52,113 nucleotides of DNA from Candidatus Heimdallarchaeota archaeon (GCA_046761065.1 JBHIFL010000021.1:1-52113), one strand, 5' to 3'; positions 20,580-30,661 are shown, counted from the first letter of the stretch. Made by a program: numbers and translations. Notes: generated by a model not told the origin, from the letters alone.

Positions 20580-21548
20580 CTAATATTTAGATGATCCAAT
20601 TGAGATTTCTTTGTTAATTTCACGAATGTAAGCGAACATTAGTTCGGTGTTTGCAGCTTTATCATCCGTTTCTTCCTTCACATCGAGCACTATAATCCTT
20701 TTAGGAAAAATATAAGAGAGTATTTGTTTATAAACTGCTTTAAGATCCATTTCTCCCTCTTTTGGGAGCAGTCCTTTCATAGTAAAACCCCGAACATTGC
20801 TCAAATAAAAAATTTCAGTGAATTCTGCTAAATCTCGCATTGTTCGAGAGATATTGGGAGAGATTTCGATACCCATCTGCTCAATCCATGCTAACTTTTG
20901 AGTTCCTTCATGGGCTGCTCTCCAAGCATTCCTAAAAAGATAAGCATTAGGAATATCGAATGCCATCCAAGCACGTGTTACTGCGCCAAGCTTTCTGATG
21001 GTTTCATAGACTTCTGATACGGTGGAAAGTCCATGAAAAGCTCCAATGGCCGGTCCTGGTTCGACTAGAGGGGGCGCATTCTTCAGGCAAAGGAGAATCT
21101 TAGCACTAGCGGCTTGATCAGCGAACCGCTCAAGTTCTCTCAAGGTTCGATGTCGTGCTAATGTCAATAGTGTTGTTGGGTCCTGTGTTTGGATTTGATT
21201 TTGATCAATAAAAGGGGGGAGTGTCACGACAACTCGGGGAGCACCTATCGAAGCAGCAACATTAAGTGCCGCTTCCACAATTTCTACACCTGCTCTTCGG
21301 TTTTCTTCATCGAAAGAGGCGAAATCCACTGGTTGGCCATTTGATCGGAGCTCTGGAACATGTAGGCTGACAATTTCTAAGTCATACTCATCTATATTTC
21401 GTTCAAGTTCTCCTGCAATTTCTACTCGACGCCCAATCAGAAGCATTTCTGGCATCCGAATTTCTATATGATGAAAACCTCTTTCATATCGGTCTCTCAA
21501 GTCTTCTCTGAAGGGGTTAGATGTAGCTCCAATAGTAACAGAACGCAT
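20580..21548 (-). CDS. Xylose-isomerase-like / AP-endonuclease-2 TIM-barrel protein, divergent
   Basis: GFHHIEI, IVSLHVP, FASFDEENRRAGVE...AASIGAPRVVV and EGEMDLK. Start at ATG 21548 after GGAGG. Confidence 0.8.
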   Translation of the reverse strand: MRSVTIGATSNPFREDLRDRYERGFHHIEIRMPEMLLIGRRVEIAGELERNIDEYDLEIVSLHVPELRSNGQPVDFASFDEENRRAGVEIVEAALNVAASIGAPRVVVTLPPFIDQNQIQTQDPTTLLTLARHRTLRELERFADQAASAKILLCLKNAPPLVEPGPAIGAFHGLSTVSEVYETIRKLGAVTRAWMAFDIPNAYLFRNAWRAAHEGTQKLAWIEQMGIEISPNISRTMRDLAEFTEIFYLSNVRGFTMKGLLPKEGEMDLKAVYKQILSYIFPKRIIVLDVKEETDDKAANTELMFAYIREINKEISIGSSKY

Positions 21549-21832
21549 TCGAAATCCTCCCAGATTGATAATGCATATATGATACTGCCTTGCATAAAAG
21601 TATTGCTCATGAGAGTCGCAGGTTCTTATGTTCTTAGAAATTCCATGATCGACTGTCAATTATTCAACGCTTCTACTTTTCCCCTTCGGATCGTTAAACA
21701 CACGATTTGCAGGGTATCTGAAGATATTGACAAATAAAAATACAAACGTAAATTTTCAATGTATTTTTGATAAGCATGAAATACTGCTCTCTCATACTGC
21801 CCTCCCATACTGATAAGGTATTCAAGAAGTTT

Positions 21833-23065
21833 CTATCTTATTTTCTGAGTGTTCGTAGCCAACTGCCGAGCGAATTCTACAAATTTGTGAGAATCTTCAA
21901 GGTTGAATGAAGGCGCTCCCCTTGTTATTAATAGGTACATTTCATTTACCTTAGTGATTGCCACATTTGAATCAATTAATTCGATAATAAGTTGCTCGAG
22001 TCCTTCTGGGACATGTTTTGCTGCCGATTCAAAAGCCCTTTGTGCAATAATAATGGTTTCATCGAATTGTTCTAAGTCCTCCCCAAGCTTGATGACATGT
22101 TTTCCATCAAGAGTTAATAAACTGATAGCAGAAAGATGAAGTGTCTCCCGTGTTTGGTCTAGAACTTCCCGAAGTTCTTTTAGCTCATAGGGCTCTTTTA
22201 TTTTTGTATGTTCGGTCTGGGTTGCTAAATCAACTCGATCTTCAATGGATGGGGTGGTTTCGAGGTTCATCGGAGGATTAGGTATAGAAGGGATGGGTAT
22301 ATCAGAGAATGGACCATCTACGGGTGGAATTATTTCGGATTGGGTTTTTTCGGGTTCAATTTCGAGCTCCAACGCCTTTTCACCAGGACGAGGTGGTTCA
22401 TTATCCATTGTAATCATTTTCGCTTCTTGTGTTGAAATCATACTCAACTCTTCAAGGCGTGCTCCGATTTGTTTTTCAGCATCTGGCATAATTTCTCCGA
22501 GTACGGCTAGGAAAGCTTCATTGGCACTATTATCATGAATTGTTGTCTCATAAAAACCAATGGCATCTTCTACCTGGTTTTGAAAACGCTCTTTTAATTG
22601 TTTCACCCTCTTTTGCTTTTTATTTGAGGATGAACTCAAGTCGATCTTATTCAGGAAAACAAAGATCCTTGCTGAAGGGCTGTAATCCTGGATCCTCTGC
22701 AGGACAAGCTTATAATATCTTAAAGCTGTATCGTAGGTGTTCTCCTCTGAGATATCAACCACAAAAAGAAGCGCCTGGATTCCAAAGAATGCCGAGGAAC
22801 TAAGGTTTAAAATAAATTTTTCAAGAGCTGACCATCGCCCTCCAAGCTCTAAGATGGTGATGGTTGGACTATCGGGTTCTTTCGTTAAATGCCATTGAAA
22901 ATAGCTCAGAACTGCACCGTTGTCCTCCATCCTTCTGGTTTCTCTGCCTTTGATTGCCATCTTGCGAATTGAGCTTCGTCCCGACTCATCTAGGCCACAA
23001 AGTAGGATTCGTTTTACAAATCGACTTGTCCCCCGGGATTTCATGTGCTCGGACATTCGAATCAC
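21833..23065 (-). CDS. Rag/Gtr-like small GTPase with acidic Pro-rich linker and C-terminal roadblock/LC7-like domain
   Basis: ILLCGLDESGRSS (G1), ELGG (G3), LLFVVD, FVFLNKID (G4) and FYETTI (G5). The C-terminal LSAISLLTLDGKHVI pattern is roadblock-like. Confidence 0.8.
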   Translation of the reverse strand: MIRMSEHMKSRGTSRFVKRILLCGLDESGRSSIRKMAIKGRETRRMEDNGAVLSYFQWHLTKEPDSPTITILELGGRWSALEKFILNLSSSAFFGIQALLFVVDISEENTYDTALRYYKLVLQRIQDYSPSARIFVFLNKIDLSSSSNKKQKRVKQLKERFQNQVEDAIGFYETTIHDNSANEAFLAVLGEIMPDAEKQIGARLEELSMISTQEAKMITMDNEPPRPGEKALELEIEPEKTQSEIIPPVDGPFSDIPIPSIPNPPMNLETTPSIEDRVDLATQTEHTKIKEPYELKELREVLDQTRETLHLSAISLLTLDGKHVIKLGEDLEQFDETIIIAQRAFESAAKHVPEGLEQLIIELIDSNVAITKVNEMYLLITRGAPSFNLEDSHKFVEFARQLATNTQKIR

Positions 23066-23289
23066 TAATTTGAGTTACTTAAACCCAGCAGATCTCCTAC
23101 TACTCATACTCACCTAATTAATAAATAATTTGCTCTTCAAAAATTAACACAAATTGTCTTTTAAATGGTTTTGGCTAGTTAAATCGCACTAAATATTACA
23201 AAGATATCAGACCATCGTTGTCAAGTCTTGATATCAGCCAAATTCTTATCTGTTTAGGAATACAAGAATTTAAATCTTACAATCGGGGA

Positions 23290-24024
23290 TTACAGGGAGC
23301 TGAGAAGTTCTGGTAATTCTATCAAACTGGATACCCGATAATCAGGAAGAGGATTTAGTTCTTGTGGGATTTTTTGCTTTCGATCAAGTAAGATAGTAAT
23401 GATTCCAGCTTTTGTGGCACCTACTATATCGGTTCTATGATTATCCCCAATAAAAACGGCTTCGTATGGCTTGATCTTAAATAGGGAAAGGGCATGAAAG
23501 AAAATTTGCAGAGCTGGTTTGTATGCTTGAACAGTATCAGGACCAATTATATGTTGGAAAAAATTCTCAATCCCTGCTTTCTCAAGCTTGCGTGTAGTCG
23601 CCTGAATAGACATATTTGAAATGATTCCTAACACATATTTTTTGTTCAGAATAGCCAGAACTTCTTTTGTTTCAGGATACAAACGTGATTGGGTACAAAA
23701 TCTTTCAATTGTTTGTTCAGCAATTTCTTTGGCATCAGACTCGGAGAACAAAATGTTCCGACGCGCAAATACTTTGATGAGACTTCGAGCAAGGGTCTCT
23801 GGAGGAGTTAAAAATTTAGCCGAGTTTGAATTGTCACGTTGGAGCTTTTCATCTTCGAGATCCCACTCTTTATGAACTTCTTCGGCATCCAAATGCTTTT
23901 GAAGTTTCATAGACTCCAATAGTTCCTTTACTACTCCATCATGGATCCCTGTGACATCGAAAAGGACTCCATCGGCATCGAACAAAACAACTTTGATCTT
24001 GGTTGTATTATCTTGTATAGGCAT
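23290..24024 (-). CDS. HAD-superfamily hydrolase (subfamily IA)
   Basis: LFDADGVL, IISN, KP and FIGDNHRTDIVGA motifs. Confidence 0.93.
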   Translation of the reverse strand: MPIQDNTTKIKVVLFDADGVLFDVTGIHDGVVKELLESMKLQKHLDAEEVHKEWDLEDEKLQRDNSNSAKFLTPPETLARSLIKVFARRNILFSESDAKEIAEQTIERFCTQSRLYPETKEVLAILNKKYVLGIISNMSIQATTRKLEKAGIENFFQHIIGPDTVQAYKPALQIFFHALSLFKIKPYEAVFIGDNHRTDIVGATKAGIITILLDRKQKIPQELNPLPDYRVSSLIELPELLSSL

Positions 24025-24344
24025 TCAGATCCCCGAAAATCTATAATCTTCCTAAATAACTAAATATTCAAGAGTTTGATAGCGCATTCACTGACATTCT
24101 GATTCTTTGCTATGAAATATAACTATATCATGCCCATTTTGTCATTTTATACTTTAGTTGTTAGGTTATTGGTTAGTAATTATCCACAAGGTATAAACAG
24201 GAACTTGTGTTTAGTAAAAAGTTTCTCAAACTATTATTCTGAATCTGGTCGCTTAGAGTGCTGATAAAAATCTTTAGGCAGGCTTACTTTCCTTTCTGAA
24301 TTTTTTTATTCACCCAACGATTTTTAGGAGCTATACTCGTTGTT

Positions 24345-25604
24345 TTATAGTACATTGATTGAGGATTCTCTCAGAGGGAGAAAAATTCTGAAAAACAAAA
24401 TGGCACCAAGAAATTGTATCCCTGCTGTTAGAATAAAAGTCGCTTCTAGACCATAGAGCGAAGCTAGTATTCCCAACACCAATGATGCTGTGGTGCGACC
24501 AACTGCCACAAAGGCTCCCCAAGTCCCTAAGGCGACACCTCGATCAGTTTCAGGAACTCTAAAGAGGAGGGCTTTACTTAGTGCTGGAAATCCAATTCCA
24601 AATGCAATACTGATCGCCATAAGAAGCACTGTATAAGCCAACATGCTGAATATAAAGGGTATTGTAAAGAGAGAAAGACCAATTATCATGAAAGTAATGA
24701 TTGTAGGAATGAAGGAGCCGTATCGGTCAGAGATTTTTCCCAAAGGGATATAGAATATCCAAGGGAAAAAACGTCTTACTCCCATGATCATTCCAATATT
24801 ATCCTTAGTAAGACCTCGATCATCTCCTAACAGGGGAAAAAACGTCCCTATAAGTATCATAGGAAATCCCAAGAAGAAAATAGCGATATTTGCCGCAAAA
24901 GCACTTCTACTGTGAATCAAACTTCTAGCTCTGGTGAAGCTTTTTTGAAAATTTGAACGGAATAGCTGAATAAAACTATTATATTTCATTCTGTGCGATT
25001 CAGGGAGGGAATCCTTCATAAAGAGCAGTGTTACGATAAATCCGACAGAAACAATCATCATATCTAAAGCGAAAAGCGTTTTGTATGAAAAGCCAAATCT
25101 TTCTGAACTGAGGAGCTTTCCTCCAATTATTGGTGCGATGAATGCTCCTCCGTCTAACATCATAAAGAATTTCCCGAAACCCGCCCCAATTTCTTCAGGA
25201 TAACAATCACCAACCAATGCAAAGACAGCTGGATACAAGTTGGACATTCCTATCGCATGCACTAATATCCCTAGAATCAAGTGTGTCCAGTGTTGAGTTG
25301 TGACGAAGATGCCTAACGCACTTGCATAGCAGAATAAACCAAGGAGAATCATTTTTTTCCGCCCCACATAATCACTTAAAGCGCCAATTGGAACCCTTAG
25401 AAAGACTTGTGCGAGGTGCCGTATTGCAATAATGGAACCAATTAGTGCCAAATCGATTGTTAGGCGTTCTCTCGCAAAGAGAGAGAGAAATGTATCCGCC
25501 ATCATAAAACCAAAACTTGCGGAAAAGACCGCAAATCCAGCTAATCCAAATGTTCTTAACTGTTTCATCAAGATCCCTTCATTTTTCACTCTCTTTTCCC
25601 TCAA
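24345..25604 (-). CDS. MFS transporter
   Basis: About 12 hydrophobic segments; motif A GALSDYVGRK and GKISDRYG. Confidence 0.92.
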   Translation of the reverse strand: MREKRVKNEGILMKQLRTFGLAGFAVFSASFGFMMADTFLSLFARERLTIDLALIGSIIAIRHLAQVFLRVPIGALSDYVGRKKMILLGLFCYASALGIFVTTQHWTHLILGILVHAIGMSNLYPAVFALVGDCYPEEIGAGFGKFFMMLDGGAFIAPIIGGKLLSSERFGFSYKTLFALDMMIVSVGFIVTLLFMKDSLPESHRMKYNSFIQLFRSNFQKSFTRARSLIHSRSAFAANIAIFFLGFPMILIGTFFPLLGDDRGLTKDNIGMIMGVRRFFPWIFYIPLGKISDRYGSFIPTIITFMIIGLSLFTIPFIFSMLAYTVLLMAISIAFGIGFPALSKALLFRVPETDRGVALGTWGAFVAVGRTTASLVLGILASLYGLEATFILTAGIQFLGAILFFRIFLPLRESSINVL

Positions 25605-25682
25605 TCCATTCTCCCTCCAGTATATCTCGTCATATTAGGTAATGAGATTATTTTGATAGATTTCAAACACTGTTTAGCCAAA

Positions 25683-27461
25683 TTATCTAAAGACTCGAAA
25701 AATTTTTCTAACCTTTTTGATTTTCTTCTTCCGTATTATTAGAGTAAAGAGAAGTCCAAATGTAAAAGATATGCTTAAAATCGACCTACTGAACTCGAAC
25801 ACTGCTATTTCTTGAATTTTAAACTGCTGCAATTCCCTTATCTCCCCGCCTGCGGTATTCCCCCCAATATCTGACGCTAAAACGTAGTAGGTGATGATCG
25901 TCTCAGCCGGAAATGGCCCAATTGTGGCAATATAGAGCTTTTCCGTGAGCAGCATTGGTACAGATTTCCAAGTGGCCCCTCCATCCAGTGAGTATAGAAG
26001 TATAACACTTGTGATAGCCAGGTTATCATCCACCCTTGCCTTCACATCTATCTCATCCTGCTCAGTCGGTTGACTTGGGGTGTGTTGCACCGTCAAAATC
26101 GTCGGTGGATGGGTATCTACTAAGATTTCAGCAACAGCTGTACTCGCCGAGTTTTTCCTCATATCTGTTGCACTTACATAAAACGTAATCCAGTATCCCT
26201 CTTCCAATGATTCAATCGAAGTCATATACTCGGATGAAGTTGCAGTCATGGCTTTGATTGACCACGATACCCCCCCATTTGTTGAATAGTGAAGCATCAC
26301 AGCCTTAACTTCTATGTTATCTACCACACGTGAAATGAATATGACTTCTCCGACATTATAAGTGAAGTGTGTCACGTTTAAGATCACAGGGGATGTGGTA
26401 TCTAAGAGATCCACGAAGCAGTAGGACTGTAAAACAAGGCCTGTTAGCACCCCTGCATCTCTTAGATTCGCTGGATCCGTTAAATCCGGTATATCTTGTG
26501 GAGAATGATAGTAGGGGTGAGATCTCGTGATATTACTGATGGTATCCCAAAAAACAAGGACAGCGGGGATTCCTGCTCTATAAGCAGAATAGTGGTCTGA
26601 TCGCCCACCCATACTTGTATTATGGACTGGAATTCCCGAAATTGCGCTTGCCATCTCAAACTTTTCATAAAGTTCTGGGAAGTCTGTTCCCCCTTCGATC
26701 TCAAATCCAAAATTTTCTGTCCTTAAGCCCCCAACCATGTCCAAATTGATATTGAGCACCGTTTCTTCTAAGGTAGAATTTGTTGAGTTATAATAATACC
26801 TGGAGCCATAAAGGCCTTCTTCTTCTCCTGACCAGCATGCAAATAGAATTGAACGATCAGGGAGACCGTATCGGGTGATATATTCTATTAGCAATCTGGC
26901 TAATTCTAGGAGGACCGCAACTCCAGAAGCATTGTCATCGGCTCCTGCGTATAACCCTTTCTCTTCTCTTGCAAAAGGAGGTGTTTCGTTTACCCAGTTA
27001 CCCAAATGATCATAATGGGCACTTATAATCACCCTCTCGTCGCTTTTGCCCTGCAGCCATCCTAGGACATTCTTTGTAGAGCCATTTGTCCATTTCCCTT
27101 CCTGGACGGATAGGGCGAAGTTTTGGAAGTAGGAACGCGTCTCTTCGTCGCTTTTAACCGGATCTCCGGCTGGGAAAAGCCCGATTTCTTCAAACTGCTC
27201 GGCAATAAAATTAGCTGCACGATGCTGACCACGAGTTGCTGTTAATCTTCCCTCAAACGAGGCATTCGCCAGGCTATTAACAATTTGCCATGCTCGATTT
27301 CCATCAAACTGATCCAGAAAATAGCTCTCATAGGAGGAAGTAGTCACATAACTTTCTGAAATGGGCGAAATAACTGGTTGAATGTTACTGCTCATAAAGA
27401 CTGTTGCAAGAAGTATAGTGAACACCCATGTTTTTTTACAAATAAACAACGGAAGATCCAC
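25683..27461 (-). CDS. Secreted M28 metallopeptidase with two Ig-like modules and C-terminal membrane anchor
   Basis: ISAHYDHLG, GADDNASG, GEEEGLYGS, NLDM, RSDH and YHSPQD. DTTSP/DTHPP repeats; VFEF-TM-RKKK tail. Confidence 0.92.
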   Translation of the reverse strand: MDLPLFICKKTWVFTILLATVFMSSNIQPVISPISESYVTTSSYESYFLDQFDGNRAWQIVNSLANASFEGRLTATRGQHRAANFIAEQFEEIGLFPAGDPVKSDEETRSYFQNFALSVQEGKWTNGSTKNVLGWLQGKSDERVIISAHYDHLGNWVNETPPFAREEKGLYAGADDNASGVAVLLELARLLIEYITRYGLPDRSILFACWSGEEEGLYGSRYYYNSTNSTLEETVLNINLDMVGGLRTENFGFEIEGGTDFPELYEKFEMASAISGIPVHNTSMGGRSDHYSAYRAGIPAVLVFWDTISNITRSHPYYHSPQDIPDLTDPANLRDAGVLTGLVLQSYCFVDLLDTTSPVILNVTHFTYNVGEVIFISRVVDNIEVKAVMLHYSTNGGVSWSIKAMTATSSEYMTSIESLEEGYWITFYVSATDMRKNSASTAVAEILVDTHPPTILTVQHTPSQPTEQDEIDVKARVDDNLAITSVILLYSLDGGATWKSVPMLLTEKLYIATIGPFPAETIITYYVLASDIGGNTAGGEIRELQQFKIQEIAVFEFSRSILSISFTFGLLFTLIIRKKKIKKVRKIFRVFR

Positions 27462-27669
27462 CTCTTTCAGGTTAATACAATTTAAAATTCCTTTAATTAT
27501 ATAAGATGTCTTTGTAACGGTCGAATAATTGGTTTATTCTTCAATCGCATGTTTTGTAGCTTAAGATAGAGTCGTATTTTAATTTCTCTTTTATATTATC
27601 GATTATCTTTTTTCTCTAATTTGGTTACTTTTAATTGGTAAATACTCACAGTTTTAGCTGGGTATCAAT

Positions 27670-27906
27670 ATGGCCCGAAGGCAACTTTCACTTTTCTTAT
27701 TTTTAATGACCTTGTGTCTAGGTATTTGGAGCTACATTTTAAGTGTTAATCGCGATCTGAATGGGCAGCCACTATTGCCTACAAGGCTACCACGATATGG
27801 ACTTTCCCTCCTCTACGTCACAGTGGTGGTAGGGCTGCTTTTTCTAATTTCATTATTCCTTGGAAGGAAAAAACCCATGGAGACCCTTCTAACACAACAA
27901 AGGTGA
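27670..27906 (+). CDS. Small two-TM membrane protein
   Basis: Two hydrophobic stretches; stop overlaps the next start (GTGA). Confidence 0.7.
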   Translation: MARRQLSLFLFLMTLCLGIWSYILSVNRDLNGQPLLPTRLPRYGLSLLYVTVVVGLLFLISLFLGRKKPMETLLTQQR

Positions 27907-29210
27907 TATTTATGGGGGAACACTCCAATGAATACAAGTGGATGCTTGTTGAGGATGAACTCATTCCTGAAGATTTCAGTGAAGCAATTGGAAGAATTCG
28001 TCGGATTTTCACCCTGCGAATTAATATCCCTTATAATCTTATCGTTGCAGCAGTTATCACGTATTTTGGAGCCTTATTAGTTCGGTTTCAGTATATCGGG
28101 CTTATCAAGATCCCTTTGATTAGCCGGGTAACAGGGGATCCAGGAATTAACTTCATTGCCATGAGTTTCTTTCTTTTATTCCTGCTCTTAACATTTTTAA
28201 CCATGTTCCCAACCGGAATCGATCTGTTTCACGGTCCAACGCGCTTTTTTCTTGTGCGAATCGTGAGTACTTCGGTTCTCTATATTTTTGTTATTGGTCT
28301 TCTGCTTTTGGTTTGGCGGGTGTTCTCGAACACGGTTACACTTTTGATGCTTCTGATTGTATTTTTCTGGCTTATGTTTCAAGTTTCTTTCCTTTTTCGT
28401 GGGTGTAAGTCAATCGCTTTCAGAATTCATCATCGGCGAGGGTCAAAATTCCTTGCGTTTCTAGCGTTTTTAGCTGCTATCGTTGCCACAGGAGTTGTCT
28501 GGCTCTATTCCAACAATTTGATTGTTGATTTCTGGATTCACCAAAGACTTCCCAATGTGCCCAGCTTGTTGATACAACCCTTTGGTAGTCGCATAACTGT
28601 TACTTTAGCTTCTGGGGCTATCCTGCTTATTTTTGGGGTGTTTTCATTCTTCGCTTTAATTAGAAGAAGACTACTTGAGTTTCTCCTTTTTTGGTTCTAT
28701 CTCCTATACCATTATGGTCTGTTTGCGATGAATTTGGCGCGAAATATTGATCCATCACGAGCTTTTACTGTATCACCTATCTCAGGTGTTGAATTTGAGC
28801 TTCCAGTTCGCTTCGTAGATCTTATTCTCATGGTTGTAACAATTATCTGGGTTGTTCACAGTTTGGCTTATCAGGCTGCAACAACGAGTATCGCATCTCG
28901 GTGGTACACAATTAATGACTTTTCTATGACCCATTTCTTCTTTTCCATGGCGATTGTCTATATTGCTGGTCTTTTATTCTTCAATGCGACTGAATTCATA
29001 ATCCCTGGGTTGCCTCATGCCTCTTTGAAACTCATCCAAGCGGGAATTCATGGAGTGATGGTTGCGATCGGACTGCTCTTTGTTGCTGGGGAGACGATCA
29101 TTTGGATTGTAAGTCTTCCTTTTCGGGTGCTTTATTGGCTTCTCAAACACCCTGGGGTGTTTCTTGTCCTTGTATTCATTGGTGTATTCATAATACAATT
29201 TATAATATGA
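27903..29210 (+). CDS. Polytopic membrane protein of unknown function (~11-12 TM)
   Basis: 435 aa, highly hydrophobic; translationally coupled to its neighbours. Confidence 0.85.
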   Translation: MIFMGEHSNEYKWMLVEDELIPEDFSEAIGRIRRIFTLRINIPYNLIVAAVITYFGALLVRFQYIGLIKIPLISRVTGDPGINFIAMSFFLLFLLLTFLTMFPTGIDLFHGPTRFFLVRIVSTSVLYIFVIGLLLLVWRVFSNTVTLLMLLIVFFWLMFQVSFLFRGCKSIAFRIHHRRGSKFLAFLAFLAAIVATGVVWLYSNNLIVDFWIHQRLPNVPSLLIQPFGSRITVTLASGAILLIFGVFSFFALIRRRLLEFLLFWFYLLYHYGLFAMNLARNIDPSRAFTVSPISGVEFELPVRFVDLILMVVTIIWVVHSLAYQAATTSIASRWYTINDFSMTHFFFSMAIVYIAGLLFFNATEFIIPGLPHASLKLIQAGIHGVMVAIGLLFVAGETIIWIVSLPFRVLYWLLKHPGVFLVLVFIGVFIIQFII

Positions 29211-29215
29211 AATAG

Positions 29216-30127
29216 GTGCTTCTCATGACACCTCGAGAAGTGTATTCTCGTAAAGGGAATCCTTATGGAACAAGCGGCATTGAGGTAACGATCCCTGGTA
29301 TTGAACCACAAAAGTATTTGGTGTTTTCTCTAATTAAACCATCACGGAAACTCACTGAAAAAATCTATAGCGCGGCTCGGAAACAAATTAAAATCTCTTC
29401 CCATCGGGATCTACTCAAGTACCGCGATCTCCTAGCGACTCTTGTCAGTTCTCATCTCCATGTCCACAAAGATCAAGCCTTGCAACCTACGAACCTTGCC
29501 GAATACTGTATACGTAAGAAGCTTCCGTTTCTCCCTTATGAACTTTATGGAGAATTCCTATGTGCGGCCTCTCAATGGGGAGAGATTGAACAGGGGTTCA
29601 AATTAAAAGGTCCTATGACCATTCTATTTTCTAATGTGGCTAATGTTATAGATAAGCCCTTAGTGGATCCTGAAAAAGGTGTCTTGGGCTATGTGGATGG
29701 GATTTCTCAAGCCAAAAATGGAACAATCTTACTTTCTGTCTTAGTAAAGATCCCGACGGGTGATACCTTTCACAACCTGCTCAGAGCTTGGGTAGCCAAA
29801 AAGAATCCCGAGAAGAAGATCTCAAAGCGTCTCAAAGTCTCCCGAAAGGCAGCACTCACTTGGCCAAATATCATGCGGTATAGAATTGTAAACGGCCATT
29901 TTCGAAACTTGGAATCTTTCAACCATTTTAGAGAAGAAGTCTTTCAGCCAACGATGGTTCCCTTTAAGGGGGTATCACGGATTGAGGAAAAATGTGTTGT
30001 ATATGGCACTATTACTAACGAAACGCTTTTGAGTAGCGACACACGCCCTTCTGGAGACATCGCAGTGGAATCTTCTGAGGGAGAAGTTTTTTATTCCTTT
30101 GAAGAGGCACTAGACGCAGATTCATAG
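29216..30127 (+). CDS. Hypothetical protein, possibly with split PRC-barrel-like motifs
   Basis: EVYSRKGNPYGT, VIDKPLVDPEKGVLGYVDGI and MVPFKGVSRIEEKCVV resemble PRC-barrel elements (weak). Confidence 0.7.
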   Translation: MLLMTPREVYSRKGNPYGTSGIEVTIPGIEPQKYLVFSLIKPSRKLTEKIYSAARKQIKISSHRDLLKYRDLLATLVSSHLHVHKDQALQPTNLAEYCIRKKLPFLPYELYGEFLCAASQWGEIEQGFKLKGPMTILFSNVANVIDKPLVDPEKGVLGYVDGISQAKNGTILLSVLVKIPTGDTFHNLLRAWVAKKNPEKKISKRLKVSRKAALTWPNIMRYRIVNGHFRNLESFNHFREEVFQPTMVPFKGVSRIEEKCVVYGTITNETLLSSDTRPSGDIAVESSEGEVFYSFEEALDADS

Positions 30128-30133
30128 GCATTT

Positions 30134-30661
30134 ATGATGGGACCAATAAAGGATTTCATTTTCAAAATAATTCTTGTTGGAGATATGGGAGTAGGACGAA
30201 CATCTTTAATGAGAAAATACATGGGAGGGGCTTACTATCTGACGTATGATTTGCGAACTAACATTGCTAGCCCATATAGTAAAGAGTTAATCGTTGCGAA
30301 TCAAAAAGTTAGTTTGCGGTTTTTTGATTGGGAAGGACCTGCTCTTCCTTTCTGGGTCCGTGATTCCTACTTTCACAACACAGATGGTGCTGCACTTGTT
30401 TTTGATCTCACAAATTTGAATTCCCTTCATAATCTGGAAAAATGGTTTCGCAGAATAAACAAGACCTGTGGACAAATTCCTTTAGTCATCATCGGAAATA
30501 AAATAGATCTAATCGACCCCTGTGTTATCCCATCTGGGAAAGGTGAGAAATATGCAAGGAAGTGGGGCACGAAATATTTTGAAACATCAGCAAAATCAGG
30601 AAAAAATATCGAAGACGCCTTTATGTTTCTTATTAAGCAAATAATTGAAGCTAAGAAATAA
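30134..30661 (+). CDS. Rab/Ras-like small GTPase
   Basis: FIFKIILVGDMGVGRTS, DWEG, LVFDLT, GNKIDL and FETSAK; no C-terminal prenylation Cys. Confidence 0.92.
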   Translation: MMGPIKDFIFKIILVGDMGVGRTSLMRKYMGGAYYLTYDLRTNIASPYSKELIVANQKVSLRFFDWEGPALPFWVRDSYFHNTDGAALVFDLTNLNSLHNLEKWFRRINKTCGQIPLVIIGNKIDLIDPCVIPSGKGEKYARKWGTKYFETSAKSGKNIEDAFMFLIKQIIEAKK

